A stretch of 64,000 nucleotides of DNA, taken from the NCBI GenBank assembly GCA_963771885.1, contig CAVYVF010000002.1, positions 416,001-480,000 of the forward strand, read 5' to 3'. The first letter of the stretch is position 1; each line of letters starts with the position of its first letter. A program made the translations under genes and the position numbers. This stretch comes from Candidatus Bathyarchaeota archaeon. Lineage in GTDB: Archaea; Thermoproteota; Bathyarchaeia; TCS64. The notes beneath the pieces are model-generated. The model ran no database searches. It was not told where the DNA came from and worked only from the letters and a program-made list of their open reading frames with translations. Below are positions 40,480-49,896 of this stretch, piece after piece.

Positions 40480-40886
40480 GGCTTCCGCCTCCCAAAGGCG
40501 TGGACATGGGGCCACCTATCCTTGATTGAGTCGAGGAGCAAGTCCGCGAACTCTCCGCCCTCCGCCTGGTACTCGACTACGGCGCGAAGGTTAGCACTCA
40601 CAAGCCATCGGCTCGACGCAAGCCGCGTGAAGGTGAAGAACCTGTTCGCGAGCAGCACTTTGAGAACCTCGCCCTCCCCCGCCTCTAGGAGCCAGTCCAG
40701 CCTGTTGTGCTCCAGTATGCTCCCGTGCTGAACTTCTAGACGCCCAACAATCTCAGTCACCTTGCCAGGGTTGGCGGAGAGCCTGTGGAAAAGGCTTGAT
40801 GGGGTAGCGCCGCTCGTGGTCGTTAGCATCGCGGTGGCGATGAGGATATCCACGTTCGGCGTCGAGGCGAGAAGGCTGAGCTTCAA
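40476..40886 (-). CDS. ThyX-like degenerate N-terminal module
   Basis: MKLSLLASTP...QHGSILEH...SANLR resembles the ThyX N-terminus; lacks the RHR motif. Confidence 0.55.
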   Translation of the reverse strand: MKLSLLASTPNVDILIATAMLTTTSGATPSSLFHRLSANPGKVTEIVGRLEVQHGSILEHNRLDWLLEAGEGEVLKVLLANRFFTFTRLASSRWLVSANLRAVVEYQAEGGEFADLLLDSIKDRWPHVHAFGRRKP

Positions 40887-40889
40887 ATT

Positions 40890-41162
40890 TTACACCGGGG
40901 GCATGCTGCTCTTCTTGGGCTTCGCCTTGACGGTGTCGGGTATGTCAACTGCCCTGACCACGTTCATCGAGTTTATGAGGTAGACGGGTGTACCGTCGGG
41001 TTCGAACTGCGTGAGCCTTTTAACGCCTCGGATGATGAGCTTGACCTTGAGCTTTGTTCCGTCGCTGAGCTGATAGATGTTCCAGTGCTCTTCAACTTCG
41101 GTGAAGTCTAGGTCTACGGCTCCCTGTAGTGCGTCGGGTTGGATTGCCATCTCGTTTCTCAC
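40890..41162 (-). CDS. Small hypothetical protein
   Basis: EEHWNIYQLSDGTKLKVK...DGTPVY; tightly packed in the thiI-thyX run. Confidence 0.6.
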   Translation of the reverse strand: MRNEMAIQPDALQGAVDLDFTEVEEHWNIYQLSDGTKLKVKLIIRGVKRLTQFEPDGTPVYLINSMNVVRAVDIPDTVKAKPKKSSMPPV

Positions 41163-41191
41163 AGTGATGTGGAGGCGACGCGTATTTCAGC

Positions 41192-42403
41192 TTAAGGGAG
41201 GCGGGTTATTCCCTTAGCCGCTTCACGACAGAGTTCGTCGAGGCCGAGCACCGACTCGATTGACTCAATCTTATCGATCCTGCTGCGCGTCGCGGGGGTA
41301 GAGGGGACGGCCTTGCAGCCTTCGACCTTATGAGCAGTGAGGGCGTAGGTGCCTATGTCGCGAGCCCTGTCCTCGATCTCCACCTTGTCGAGTCCGATGA
41401 GGGGGCGGAGGACGGGTATCCTGACGGCGGAGTCGAGTGTGTAGAGGTTGTCGAGGGTCTGGCTTGCGACCTGGCCGAGGCTCTCCCCGGTGACGACCGC
41501 TTTGGCACGCTTATACCTGCAGAAGTCCTCGGCTATTCTGTACATGGCACGCTTGCAGAGTATGCAGGTCCAGCGAGGCTCCGGTGACTCGAGTATGCGC
41601 TCCATGACGGGGCCCATCTTGGCGGAGTAGAGGCTGAAGCCCTCCGACGGCGCGTACTTCGCGATCCCGTGGAAAGCATCCTCAGCCCTGCGGAGATAGC
41701 TCTCCCCCACATAGGGTGTCTGATCCATAAAGAGGGGGAGAACGTCGACGCCGCGCTTCATTATGAGCCACGTGGCGACTGGGCTATCTATGCCGCCGCT
41801 GAAGAGGGAGATTGCTCGCCCCTGGGAGCCATAGGGGAGGCCACCGACGCCATCGAGGAGGCGAGAGTAGACGTAGGCGTTATTGTCCCGGACCTCTATA
41901 CTGATGGTAACGTCGGGGGAGGAGAGGTTTACCTTGATACCCCTGTCCTTGTATACCTCGTTTATCGCCGCGCCGGCCTTTATGGCTAGATCCCTACCTC
42001 CGTAGGGGTGGTCACCCACGACCTTGGGCCGCACCGCGAATGTGGAGCCGTTTTTCAGCGTGTCGCCGGCGACCTTGACTGCGAGGGAGACGACTTCGCC
42101 GATCCCAGAGCACGTTTCCTCAGCAGGTATGGCGTGGACAACTCCGAAGACGTTACCCACGGTGGGGGCGGCTTCAGGTGGCGCTCCGTCGACGATTATT
42201 CTACCGAACTGCCTCCTTGCTTTCGCCGGGTAACCCTCCCTGCGCAGTACGTGCTCGATCTGGGCGGCGAGCCTCTTCTCGAGGGTGCTTCGCACGAACC
42301 TGCTCTTGAGGGCTATCTCGTCGTAGGCGGCTAGGATGGGCATACTGGGAGGCATGGGTCGTGGGCGCCTCTTAAGCTGCTCGGGATAATCTTTTACCGG
42401 CAC
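41192..42403 (-). CDS. thiI: tRNA 4-thiouridine synthase ThiI (THUMP plus PP-loop)
   Basis: YDEIALKS, GGLPYG, SGGIDSPVA, CILCKRAM, GESLGQVASQT. Confidence 0.92.
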   Translation of the reverse strand: MPVKDYPEQLKRRPRPMPPSMPILAAYDEIALKSRFVRSTLEKRLAAQIEHVLRREGYPAKARRQFGRIIVDGAPPEAAPTVGNVFGVVHAIPAEETCSGIGEVVSLAVKVAGDTLKNGSTFAVRPKVVGDHPYGGRDLAIKAGAAINEVYKDRGIKVNLSSPDVTISIEVRDNNAYVYSRLLDGVGGLPYGSQGRAISLFSGGIDSPVATWLIMKRGVDVLPLFMDQTPYVGESYLRRAEDAFHGIAKYAPSEGFSLYSAKMGPVMERILESPEPRWTCILCKRAMYRIAEDFCRYKRAKAVVTGESLGQVASQTLDNLYTLDSAVRIPVLRPLIGLDKVEIEDRARDIGTYALTAHKVEGCKAVPSTPATRSRIDKIESIESVLGLDELCREAAKGITRLP

Positions 42404-42432
42404 GCCCCGAGTGTAGTTCTCGGTGAGTTGAG

Positions 42433-43029
42433 ACGTCGTTCTGGGAGGAGTGGGAGAAGCGGAGGAAGCGCGGCACGCCGTTCTTCTTCCCTGACCTGGA
42501 GAGGATGGTCGATGAGATGGAGAAGGAAATGTCCGACTTCTTCAAGGAAATTGAGGGGGAGATACCTGATGACCTATCGACGGAGCGCAAGCTACCCGAT
42601 GGTTCAGTGAAGAAGGAGTATGGTCCCTTCGTTTACGGTTACTCCGTCAAGGTGGGCTCCGACGGGAAGCCCGTTGTACGCGAGTTTGGCAATATGAAGC
42701 CGGGCACCTCCATCGGGGAGGACAAGAAGAAGCCCTTAAACCTCCAGGAGGCGAGGGAGCCACTCGTCGACGTTATTCAGGAGCAGGAGCAAGTAAAGGT
42801 CATTGCGGAGCTACCCGGCGTAGAAAAGGAGGACATACAGCTCTACGCAACGGAGAAGACGCTCACACTCGACGTGACGAACCCCGACCACCGTTACCAT
42901 AAGGAGCTCGAGCTGCCCTTCGAGGTAGACGAGGACTCGGCGACGAGCACTTACAGGAATGGTGTACTCGAAACAGTGATGAAGAGGAAGCGGGCTCGCG
43001 AAGGTGGACGCTCAATAAAGATACAGTGA
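42433..43029 (+). CDS. hsp20: Archaeal small heat-shock protein Hsp20
   Basis: GPFVYGYS, REFGN, EPLVDV, ELPGVEK, YRNGVLE. In-frame extension SFWEEWEKR begins at ACG 42433 after GGTGA. Confidence 0.92.
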   Translation, partial: TSFWEEWEKRRKRGTPFFFPDLERMVDEMEKEMSDFFKEIEGEIPDDLSTERKLPDGSVKKEYGPFVYGYSVKVGSDGKPVVREFGNMKPGTSIGEDKKKPLNLQEAREPLVDVIQEQEQVKVIAELPGVEKEDIQLYATEKTLTLDVTNPDHRYHKELELPFEVDEDSATSTYRNGVLETVMKRKRAREGGRSIKIQ

Positions 43030-43261
43030 CAATAGCGCCACAGGTTAATTACATATTTTGTGAGGTTCACTTCGAGAAGCGGTGGGGGAATAGTTTTCCA
43101 CTTTGACGAGAGGTGTTCCTGTACATTTACACGAGACTATTGTGCGTGTAACTTTCCTGTGTCAACACGCAATATGATACCAACACTATTTGGTAGTAAT
43201 AGAGGAATTATATGCGAGCATCTTGGGAACCTATTTATCCTGTGGAGCATCCCTGTTTGTC

Positions 43262-43317
43262 GCCAATGATGTGAAGGCATTAGTGCGATCCGTGAGCGAT
43301 CAGAGTTACACTGAGGC
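43262..43317 (+). ncRNA. C/D-box guide sRNA (candidate)
   Basis: GCC-A-ATGATGT(C)-GAAGGCATTAGT-GCGA(D')-TCC-GTGAGCGA(C')-TCAGAGTTACA-CTGA(D)-GGC with a terminal GCC/GGC stem, TATTTAT about 25 nt upstream and a T run downstream. Confidence 0.72.
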
Positions 43318-43480
43318 ACCTTTTTCAAATCGCGAGAAATCGTTTTGAGTTAAAGAAATCGTGAGACTATGTATTTGATGCTGGTTTTAACATTTCTAAA
43401 AGGAGTATTGGGAGACAGTTTTGATGCAGTACTTCGACGACGTGAACATAAATTGGGGATATTAGCCATCGCATTGCATT

Positions 43481-43933
43481 CTACGATGCGAGTTTTGGTG
43501 AGCTGAACCATAGCCCGGAAACCTGCGCTTGACCACTCGTGTTCACGGTGAAGACTACCCTGACGGTCACGCCTGAGGGCTCGTTTGAGTAATCCGCAGT
43601 ATAGTAGGCAATGATGTACTCGCCGGAGCGCTCCGCTTTAGTGAATGTCTTGCCCTCGTAGTTGCCGACCTTGGCGTGGAGCGTGTCCTGTATTTCATTG
43701 AACTGCGCCTCCGTATAGGCGGCTTTCATAGCCGTGTCCATGTCTCTCGTGAAGCTCGCGAGGTCTTCTGACTCGATAGAAGCCAGGATGTTCTCCGCGG
43801 CTGGGTCAGCGTAGATGCGCACAGACATCTCGTCAACTCGAGTGGACGCATCCATGTAGTACCAGACGCCCGCCGCGACGACAATAATTCCTGCTATAAG
43901 CAGGATTGCTATGTTTCGCCCGCTTAGTCCCAT
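43481..43933 (-). CDS. DUF3887-like membrane-anchored protein
   Basis: N-terminal TM helix; C-terminal VRVVF...VSGLWFSSPKL. Confidence 0.65.
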   Translation of the reverse strand: MGLSGRNIAILLIAGIIVVAAGVWYYMDASTRVDEMSVRIYADPAAENILASIESEDLASFTRDMDTAMKAAYTEAQFNEIQDTLHAKVGNYEGKTFTKAERSGEYIIAYYTADYSNEPSGVTVRVVFTVNTSGQAQVSGLWFSSPKLAS

Positions 43934-43955
43934 TGGTACAGGACTACGCTGGCGT

Positions 43956-44666
43956 CTAATAGGAGTTTATGAGCGCCTTCCAGAGTTTGGCGGAGGGTTT
44001 TCGAGGGGTGAGCCCGAAGCTCATGATAGGCGGGCGCGATCCCCCGACCATGGCGGCCGTGATCTGGGACCTCGCCGCGTTCTCCAGAGCTATCGTGAGC
44101 ATGCACGCCTCCTCGACGCTGCCTCCGACGATGATGGGACCGTGCGCCTTGAGTATGATGGCGCTAGCCGAGCCGAGCTTCCTCGCCGCTATCCTCCCCT
44201 GCTCCTCGTTTCGAATCAGCGTCCCAACCTCCTTAGAGAAGTAGGTCGGGTCATCGGCCTCATCGTAGGTCGGCACTCCGTTCGTAAAAGCGAGTGTGCT
44301 CGGATCGAGCAGCTCTAGCTGGAGCCCTAGCGTCCCCAAGAGGGTCGCGTGGGTCTGGTGAGTATGAACCACTGCGCCGACGTCGGGACGCGCCTTGTAC
44401 ATCTCGATGTGGATGGGTATCTCCACGATCTCGAAGTCTGGCCCAGACACTTTGCGGTAGTCGAGTGTGTAGGTGACGAGGTCCTCCTCAGTGACCTTGT
44501 TCCAGCCCACGTCCCGCGGCTTTATCACAACCTTGTCCGTCCCCGGCAACCTAGCGCTGAAGTGGCCCATCGGGTTCGGGTTATGAACTGATGGCACCTC
44601 TCTGTAGAGAGCCTTGCAGGATTGTATCAGCTTCTCGACGATCTCCGATCGGATATCACTTGTCAA
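43956..44666 (-). CDS. Class II aldolase/adducin family protein
   Basis: GHFSAR, EIPIH, VVHTH, LKAHG. Confidence 0.88.
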   Translation of the reverse strand: MTSDIRSEIVEKLIQSCKALYREVPSVHNPNPMGHFSARLPGTDKVVIKPRDVGWNKVTEEDLVTYTLDYRKVSGPDFEIVEIPIHIEMYKARPDVGAVVHTHQTHATLLGTLGLQLELLDPSTLAFTNGVPTYDEADDPTYFSKEVGTLIRNEEQGRIAARKLGSASAIILKAHGPIIVGGSVEEACMLTIALENAARSQITAAMVGGSRPPIMSFGLTPRKPSAKLWKALINSY

Positions 44667-44786
44667 TGGGGAACAAGAATGGGGTATCTAACTCCCAATA
44701 AGTAACTTATCCCTAAGATATCGCCGCATCGATTTTCCCAAGATTTATGAATCGGGCTCCTCCGGGGCAACACAGGGCGACGACGA

Positions 44787-45191
44787 TTGGCGAAAACCAT
44801 TACTATAATTCAGAAGGCGAGCATCTCCGCGACGCCAGCGGAAATCTACGAGACGTATACAGATGCGGAGAAGCACGCGGAGTTAACTGGCAGCCCGGCT
44901 ACGTCGATCCCGAAGGTTGGGGGCGGTTTCACTGCGTGGGACGGTTACATCAAGGGTAAGTACATAGGGCTTGAGCCTGGGAAGAAGATAGTTCAGGAAT
45001 GGGCGTCGTCAGACTTTCCCGAGGGAGCAGCTCCATCGAGGCTCGAGATTGTCTTAAAAGAGGTAAAAAGTGGGACCGAATTGACTATGACACACTCCGG
45101 GGTGCCTGAAGAAGTGGCCGAGGACATCGCGCAGGGATGGAAGGACTACTACTGGGAGCGTTTGAAGAAGTTCTTCAAGCGAAAAAGCTGA
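44787..45191 (+). CDS. SRPBCC/AHA1-domain protein
   Basis: GGGFTAWDG, KIVQEW, GWKDYYW. Confidence 0.85.
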   Translation: MAKTITIIQKASISATPAEIYETYTDAEKHAELTGSPATSIPKVGGGFTAWDGYIKGKYIGLEPGKKIVQEWASSDFPEGAAPSRLEIVLKEVKSGTELTMTHSGVPEEVAEDIAQGWKDYYWERLKKFFKRKS

Positions 45192-45251
45192 AGATCGGTC
45201 TGCTGAATTTTTCGATCGTTTGCTATTATGATGAGTGATTGTGTTGTGCTC

Positions 45252-45884
45252 TCATTCACGCATTGAGAGGAGCAGCCGCCGGAGTTCCCTCATCAACGCG
45301 AGCGACTCCTCGAACTCCGCGTCGCTCATGGAGAGGAGTGAGTTGTACTGGATCACCCTGTTTAGTAGGCTTGGGTCCATTGGGCCAAACTTGGTGAAGT
45401 AACCGGATGAGCCGCAGAAGGAGCAGACGTCGGGGTTTGTCACCGGCGTCTTTCCTAAACTTGATTTCTTTCCGGCGAGCACCGCGAGCACCTCGGCGTT
45501 CGCCTCGGATACCTCAACGCCTGCCCCGAGCTCGTTAAGACCGTTTAGCACCTCGATGAACCTGTGTCTGTCGTCTTCGGGTATCTCGTCTTCCCTATAG
45601 ACGAAGGTGTCTGCGGTCGCCGTGTAGTAGCTCTCGATGATATGGCCGCTTCGCCTCTCGGATGTCTCTGAGACGAGTCCAGCTTCCACGAGCTTCCGCA
45701 GGTGGTGATAGACGTTCTGGGGGGTCATCACTAGGCGAGCAGCGATCTCCGTTGCTGAAAGCTCGCTCTCCCGGAGGAGCAGCAGCATCCTGCGCCGCGT
45801 CCTGTCCTCCAGCAGCGTGAACGCCCTCTCGTCTATCGCCTTCAGGAGCCTGTGGGATTCACTAGCATCAGCATCGCCCACCAT
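45252..45884 (-). CDS. ArsR-family winged-helix regulator with a C-terminal CxxC extension
   Basis: TRRRML...TPQNVYHHLRKLVEAGLV; CSFCG in the C-terminal domain. Confidence 0.8.
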   Translation of the reverse strand: MVGDADASESHRLLKAIDERAFTLLEDRTRRRMLLLLRESELSATEIAARLVMTPQNVYHHLRKLVEAGLVSETSERRSGHIIESYYTATADTFVYREDEIPEDDRHRFIEVLNGLNELGAGVEVSEANAEVLAVLAGKKSSLGKTPVTNPDVCSFCGSSGYFTKFGPMDPSLLNRVIQYNSLLSMSDAEFEESLALMRELRRLLLSMRE

Positions 45885-45957
45885 TAAAATCCCATTTTAA
45901 TGTTAAAACGGAAGCGATATAAGAATTTACTGCTAATCGACACTTGAGGGAGTACGG

Positions 45958-47685
45958 ATGGCTGAGAAGGAAGCATACCTGATAGTTGACATAGGGGAGT
46001 CCACGAGGGCCGTTCTCGTTAGGAGGGAGAACGGAACATTTAGGCTCGCAGGGACCGGGGAAGCTGAGACCACGATCGAGGCGCCGGAACTAGACGTCAC
46101 CATAGGCATCAGGCGCGCTGCGGAGAAGCTGGACGGCGAGACGCTCATTGGTAGAGATGGGCCCAGGGGAGTCAGTCTCCTCTGCTCCAGCGGCGACGGC
46201 GGCGGACTTTACATGATGGTCGCCGGCGTCATCGGGATGATAAGCGGCGAGAGCGCACAGAGGGCGGCACTCGGTGCGGGCGCTCACCTCGTTGGCACCT
46301 TCTCCGTCGACGACCCTCGCCCCGACTACCGTCTTGTCGAGACGATGCGCGCCACTAGACCCGACATATTCCTCTTAGCCGGCGGAACAGATGGCGGAGC
46401 CGTCCAACAGGTCAAGAAGATGGCGGAAGTCATTAAGGAGGCGGACGTCAAGCCCCGCTTCGGCGACGACTACCGGCTCCCAGTCATCTTCGCCGGTAAC
46501 GTCGAGGCTCGGGAGGAGATAGCTGAGACACTCACCGAGGAGTACGCGACGAGGGCTGTCGATAATGTCCGCCCCTCTATCGAGCGGGAGAACCTCGGTC
46601 CCGCAAAGGAGGCTATCTACGATTCCTATATGGAACACGTCATAACACACTCCCCCGGCTACGAAAGGCTCGCCAAGTGGGTTACGCGTCCAATACTCCC
46701 CGCTCAAGCCGCGATAGGGAAGATACTCTACGCTTACGCTGAGCGCAGGCGCGTCAACCTCCTCGCTGTAAACGCGGGTGGCTCAACAACCGACATTTAC
46801 TCAGTCTACAGAGGAGTTTTCAACAGGTCACTCGACGCGGATGTCGGGCTTGAGTATGGCGCCTTGACTATACTCAATAAAACAGGGGCAGAAGGCGTCT
46901 CAAGGTGGCTTCCTAAGCCCATGGATGAGAGGACTATTAGAAACACCATCGGTAACCTCATGGTCCTTCGCCCCCGAAAATACTCGGATGAGGAAAGTAT
47001 GGTATTTAGAGCACTGGCCAGAGAGGCGATAAAGCTTGGGGTCGAGGAGCATAAGAAACTCGCGAGCCGCCTCAAGGGGGTGCATATACAGAGGACAATC
47101 GCGGACACATTCACCCAGAGCGTCGAGTCGACCTACCTCGACCCCGGCGACACCCAGGTCTTGATAGGCATGGGTTCAGCATTCACTACACCCGGTGAGT
47201 CGGCTGCACTACTCCTAGACTCCGTCGAGCCCCTCTATATCACGGAGCTATACATGGACAGAGCGGGGCTTGTTCCCCACGCCGGTATGCTCCTCGGTGA
47301 GGCACCTGAGGCGGCTTTCAACCTCTTCACCGGCGAGACGCTACAGAGGCTCGGGACGTGCCTCTGCGCCGACGGGAACGGCGACGGAGACGCGATCAAA
47401 TTGACCCTTACCCGACAGGATGGCAAGACCATCCTTGAAACCGTCAAATCGGGGGAAATCAAGGCGCTTCCCTTACTCGACGGAGAAACCTGCAAAATAG
47501 AGGCGAAAGCAGGCAAGAGGTTCAGCCTGGGAAAGGGCAAGGCAAAGCGCATCGACGCGACGGTGACAGGCGGCTCACTCGGCTTCATAGTCGACGCGCG
47601 GGGCAGACCATTGAGAGTCCCCGATGACAAGGTGACGCTAGTTAAATGGGCCAAGGCGCTTACGTCCGAAGCGGCGGGTGAGTAA
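45958..47685 (+). CDS. glmL: Glutamate mutase L (GlmL/MutL)-like ASKHA protein
   Basis: VDIGEST, CSSGDGGGLYM, SAQRAALGAGA, LAGGTDGG, IFAGN, DNVRP, GGSTTDIYS, DARGRP. Confidence 0.8.
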   Translation: MAEKEAYLIVDIGESTRAVLVRRENGTFRLAGTGEAETTIEAPELDVTIGIRRAAEKLDGETLIGRDGPRGVSLLCSSGDGGGLYMMVAGVIGMISGESAQRAALGAGAHLVGTFSVDDPRPDYRLVETMRATRPDIFLLAGGTDGGAVQQVKKMAEVIKEADVKPRFGDDYRLPVIFAGNVEAREEIAETLTEEYATRAVDNVRPSIERENLGPAKEAIYDSYMEHVITHSPGYERLAKWVTRPILPAQAAIGKILYAYAERRRVNLLAVNAGGSTTDIYSVYRGVFNRSLDADVGLEYGALTILNKTGAEGVSRWLPKPMDERTIRNTIGNLMVLRPRKYSDEESMVFRALAREAIKLGVEEHKKLASRLKGVHIQRTIADTFTQSVESTYLDPGDTQVLIGMGSAFTTPGESAALLLDSVEPLYITELYMDRAGLVPHAGMLLGEAPEAAFNLFTGETLQRLGTCLCADGNGDGDAIKLTLTRQDGKTILETVKSGEIKALPLLDGETCKIEAKAGKRFSLGKGKAKRIDATVTGGSLGFIVDARGRPLRVPDDKVTLVKWAKALTSEAAGE

Positions 47686-48565
47686 CATGACCAAACCGAT
47701 AGTCGAGAGGGACGTCGTCATCAGTAAGGTGCGGCGCCTCCCCGCACCCGGCGAGGTCCTCGTACACATAGGCGAAAGGGTAAAGGTGGATACGCCCATC
47801 GCGAGGGGGAAGGTCCGGAACACCGAGCTCGTCGAGGTTAGAGTAGACCAAAAGCTAGGAGTTGACGCTATGGATGTCGCTCCCTATATGCTCAAGAGAG
47901 AGGGGGACACTGTCAAGAAGGACGAGGTCATCGCCCTCCGTCGCTCCTTCTTCGGAAGTTCGACCAAGATCCTCAGAGCCCCCCTCGAAGGTACCATAGA
48001 GGCGTTTAGTCGCACATCGGGTAAACTGCTCATAAGGGGTCTCCCCATACAAATCGAGGTCAACGCATACATCCCAGGGAGGGTGACAGAACTGTTTCCC
48101 CTCGAAGGGGGTGTCGTCGAGTGCAGAGGTGCGATCGCGAGGGGAGCCGTTGGTGTCGGCGGAGAGGCGAGGGGACCACTCGAGGTGCTCGCAAACGGAC
48201 CCGGCGACGTGCTTACAGAGGATCCGATCACAAAGAGCCACACCGGAAAGGTAGTCCTCGGCGGGGCGACCGCCACACCCGAGGCACAGAGAAAGGCACA
48301 GTCGGTGGGTGTAGCCGCTCTAGTAGTCGGTGGTGTAGATGAGAAGGACCTGAGCGGGCTCCTCGGTCACGAGTTAAACCTCGGAGACACAGGCAGGGAG
48401 CATATCGGCTTTACTCTTGTTTCCCTCTCAGGTTTCGGCACTGAACCCCTCGATGAGGATGCATTCCGCTTATTCAGAGAACACGAGGGCCGGCTCGCAT
48501 GCGTAGACGGTACGACTCAGATAAGGACGAGGATGCTCCGCCCCGAGGTCATCCTCCCCGACTAG
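47678..48565 (+). CDS. Hypothetical protein accompanying GlmL-like genes
   Basis: RRLPAPGEVLV, APLEGTI, AYIPGRV, GFG, terminal RPEVI; overlaps the glmL stop. Confidence 0.65.
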   Translation: MSNMTKPIVERDVVISKVRRLPAPGEVLVHIGERVKVDTPIARGKVRNTELVEVRVDQKLGVDAMDVAPYMLKREGDTVKKDEVIALRRSFFGSSTKILRAPLEGTIEAFSRTSGKLLIRGLPIQIEVNAYIPGRVTELFPLEGGVVECRGAIARGAVGVGGEARGPLEVLANGPGDVLTEDPITKSHTGKVVLGGATATPEAQRKAQSVGVAALVVGGVDEKDLSGLLGHELNLGDTGREHIGFTLVSLSGFGTEPLDEDAFRLFREHEGRLACVDGTTQIRTRMLRPEVILPD

Positions 48566-48609
48566 CCAAGTCTTATGAACCCTAGAAACGCCGATCCTGC
48601 AGTGGTGTA

Positions 48610-49896
48610 ATGCCAGACGCATATACGGAAAACTCCGTCAGGAGCGTTGACGAGTTCAAACCTAGTATCCTCTCTTTGAGGCGCCGCGCGGCGCTGAGGA
48701 ACGAGTGGCTCAGAGACCGCCTTGACAGCTACTTACCCGAGCTCATGCAGAGAGAGGGATTCCCCATGTGGGTAGTGATAGCGCGGGAGTACAACGAGGA
48801 TCCTGTCATCATGTCTTTGCTCCCGGAGCCATTTATGTACGCCCGCAGGAGGACCATCCTGCTCTTCGTGAGGAGGAAGGACGGGAGCGTCGAACGCCTT
48901 ACATTCGCGCGCTATGGAATGGGCGACTTCTACAAGACTCTCTGGGACCCTGACAAGGAGGAGCAGTACGAGTGCCTTGCACGGGAAATAAGGAAGCGCC
49001 GACCCGGGAAGATTGGTATCAACGTCTCCGAGACGACGGCCTTTGGAGATGGCCTTACCCACGGAGAGTATAAACAGCTCGTGAGGGCTCTCGGGCCAGG
49101 GTATTCGAGAAAGCTCGTAGGCGCCGAGACGCTGGCAGTGGGTTGGCTCGAACATAGGACGGCAAAACAGCTTGACGCCTATCCTGGAATAGTCGCTATT
49201 ACTCACTCCCTCGTCGAGGAGGCATTCAGCTCACGTGTCATTCACCCCGGCGTCACGACGACGGAGGACGTAGCCTGGTGGCTTCGCCAGAAGATGGTAG
49301 ATCTGGGATTGGAGCCTTGGTTTCCGCCAACGGTCGATCTCCAGTCCCGCGACCAGCCCCATGACAAGCCTGCAAGTAGGAGCATTATACGCCCCGGCGA
49401 CCTCCTACACTGTGATGTTGGATTCTACTACCTTGGACTCGCGACCGACGTCCAAAGGAACGTCTACATACGAATGGATGGTGAGACAGATGCTCCAGAA
49501 GGCCTCAAGGCGGCACTGAGGGACGCTAACCGGCTGCAGGACATACTCGCTGGTGAGATGAGGATAGGGCGCACTGGAAACGATGTCCTCAAGACGACGA
49601 GGGAAAAGGCGATCGCCGATGGCATCAACCCTTCCATCTACACTCACCCCCTCGGAACCCACGGGCACGCCGCCGGCACAACGATAGGGCTTTGGGACAA
49701 GCAAGAGGGCGTCCCCGGTAACGGGGATTATCCGCTCCATTCCGACACCTGCTACGCGATCGAGCTCAATGCGAAGAAGAAGGTGCCAGAGTGGGGTGGG
49801 CAGGAGGTGAGGATGAGCCTCGAGGAGGACGCGGTATTGAATGCGGATGGGTTACGGTGGCTCAGTGGGAGACAGACCCGCCTATACCTCATCTAG
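48610..49896 (+). CDS. M24-family (Xaa-Pro) aminopeptidase
   Basis: GDLLHCDVG, TD, HPLGTHGH, IELN, LEED. Confidence 0.88.
   Translation: MPDAYTENSVRSVDEFKPSILSLRRRAALRNEWLRDRLDSYLPELMQREGFPMWVVIAREYNEDPVIMSLLPEPFMYARRRTILLFVRRKDGSVERLTFARYGMGDFYKTLWDPDKEEQYECLAREIRKRRPGKIGINVSETTAFGDGLTHGEYKQLVRALGPGYSRKLVGAETLAVGWLEHRTAKQLDAYPGIVAITHSLVEEAFSSRVIHPGVTTTEDVAWWLRQKMVDLGLEPWFPPTVDLQSRDQPHDKPASRSIIRPGDLLHCDVGFYYLGLATDVQRNVYIRMDGETDAPEGLKAALRDANRLQDILAGEMRIGRTGNDVLKTTREKAIADGINPSIYTHPLGTHGHAAGTTIGLWDKQEGVPGNGDYPLHSDTCYAIELNAKKKVPEWGGQEVRMSLEEDAVLNADGLRWLSGRQTRLYLI

Noticed and set aside
45186..45240. TGAAGA/CTGA/ATGATGA motifs between convergent genes
   Set aside because: Box order and spacing do not form a convincing C/D sRNA.
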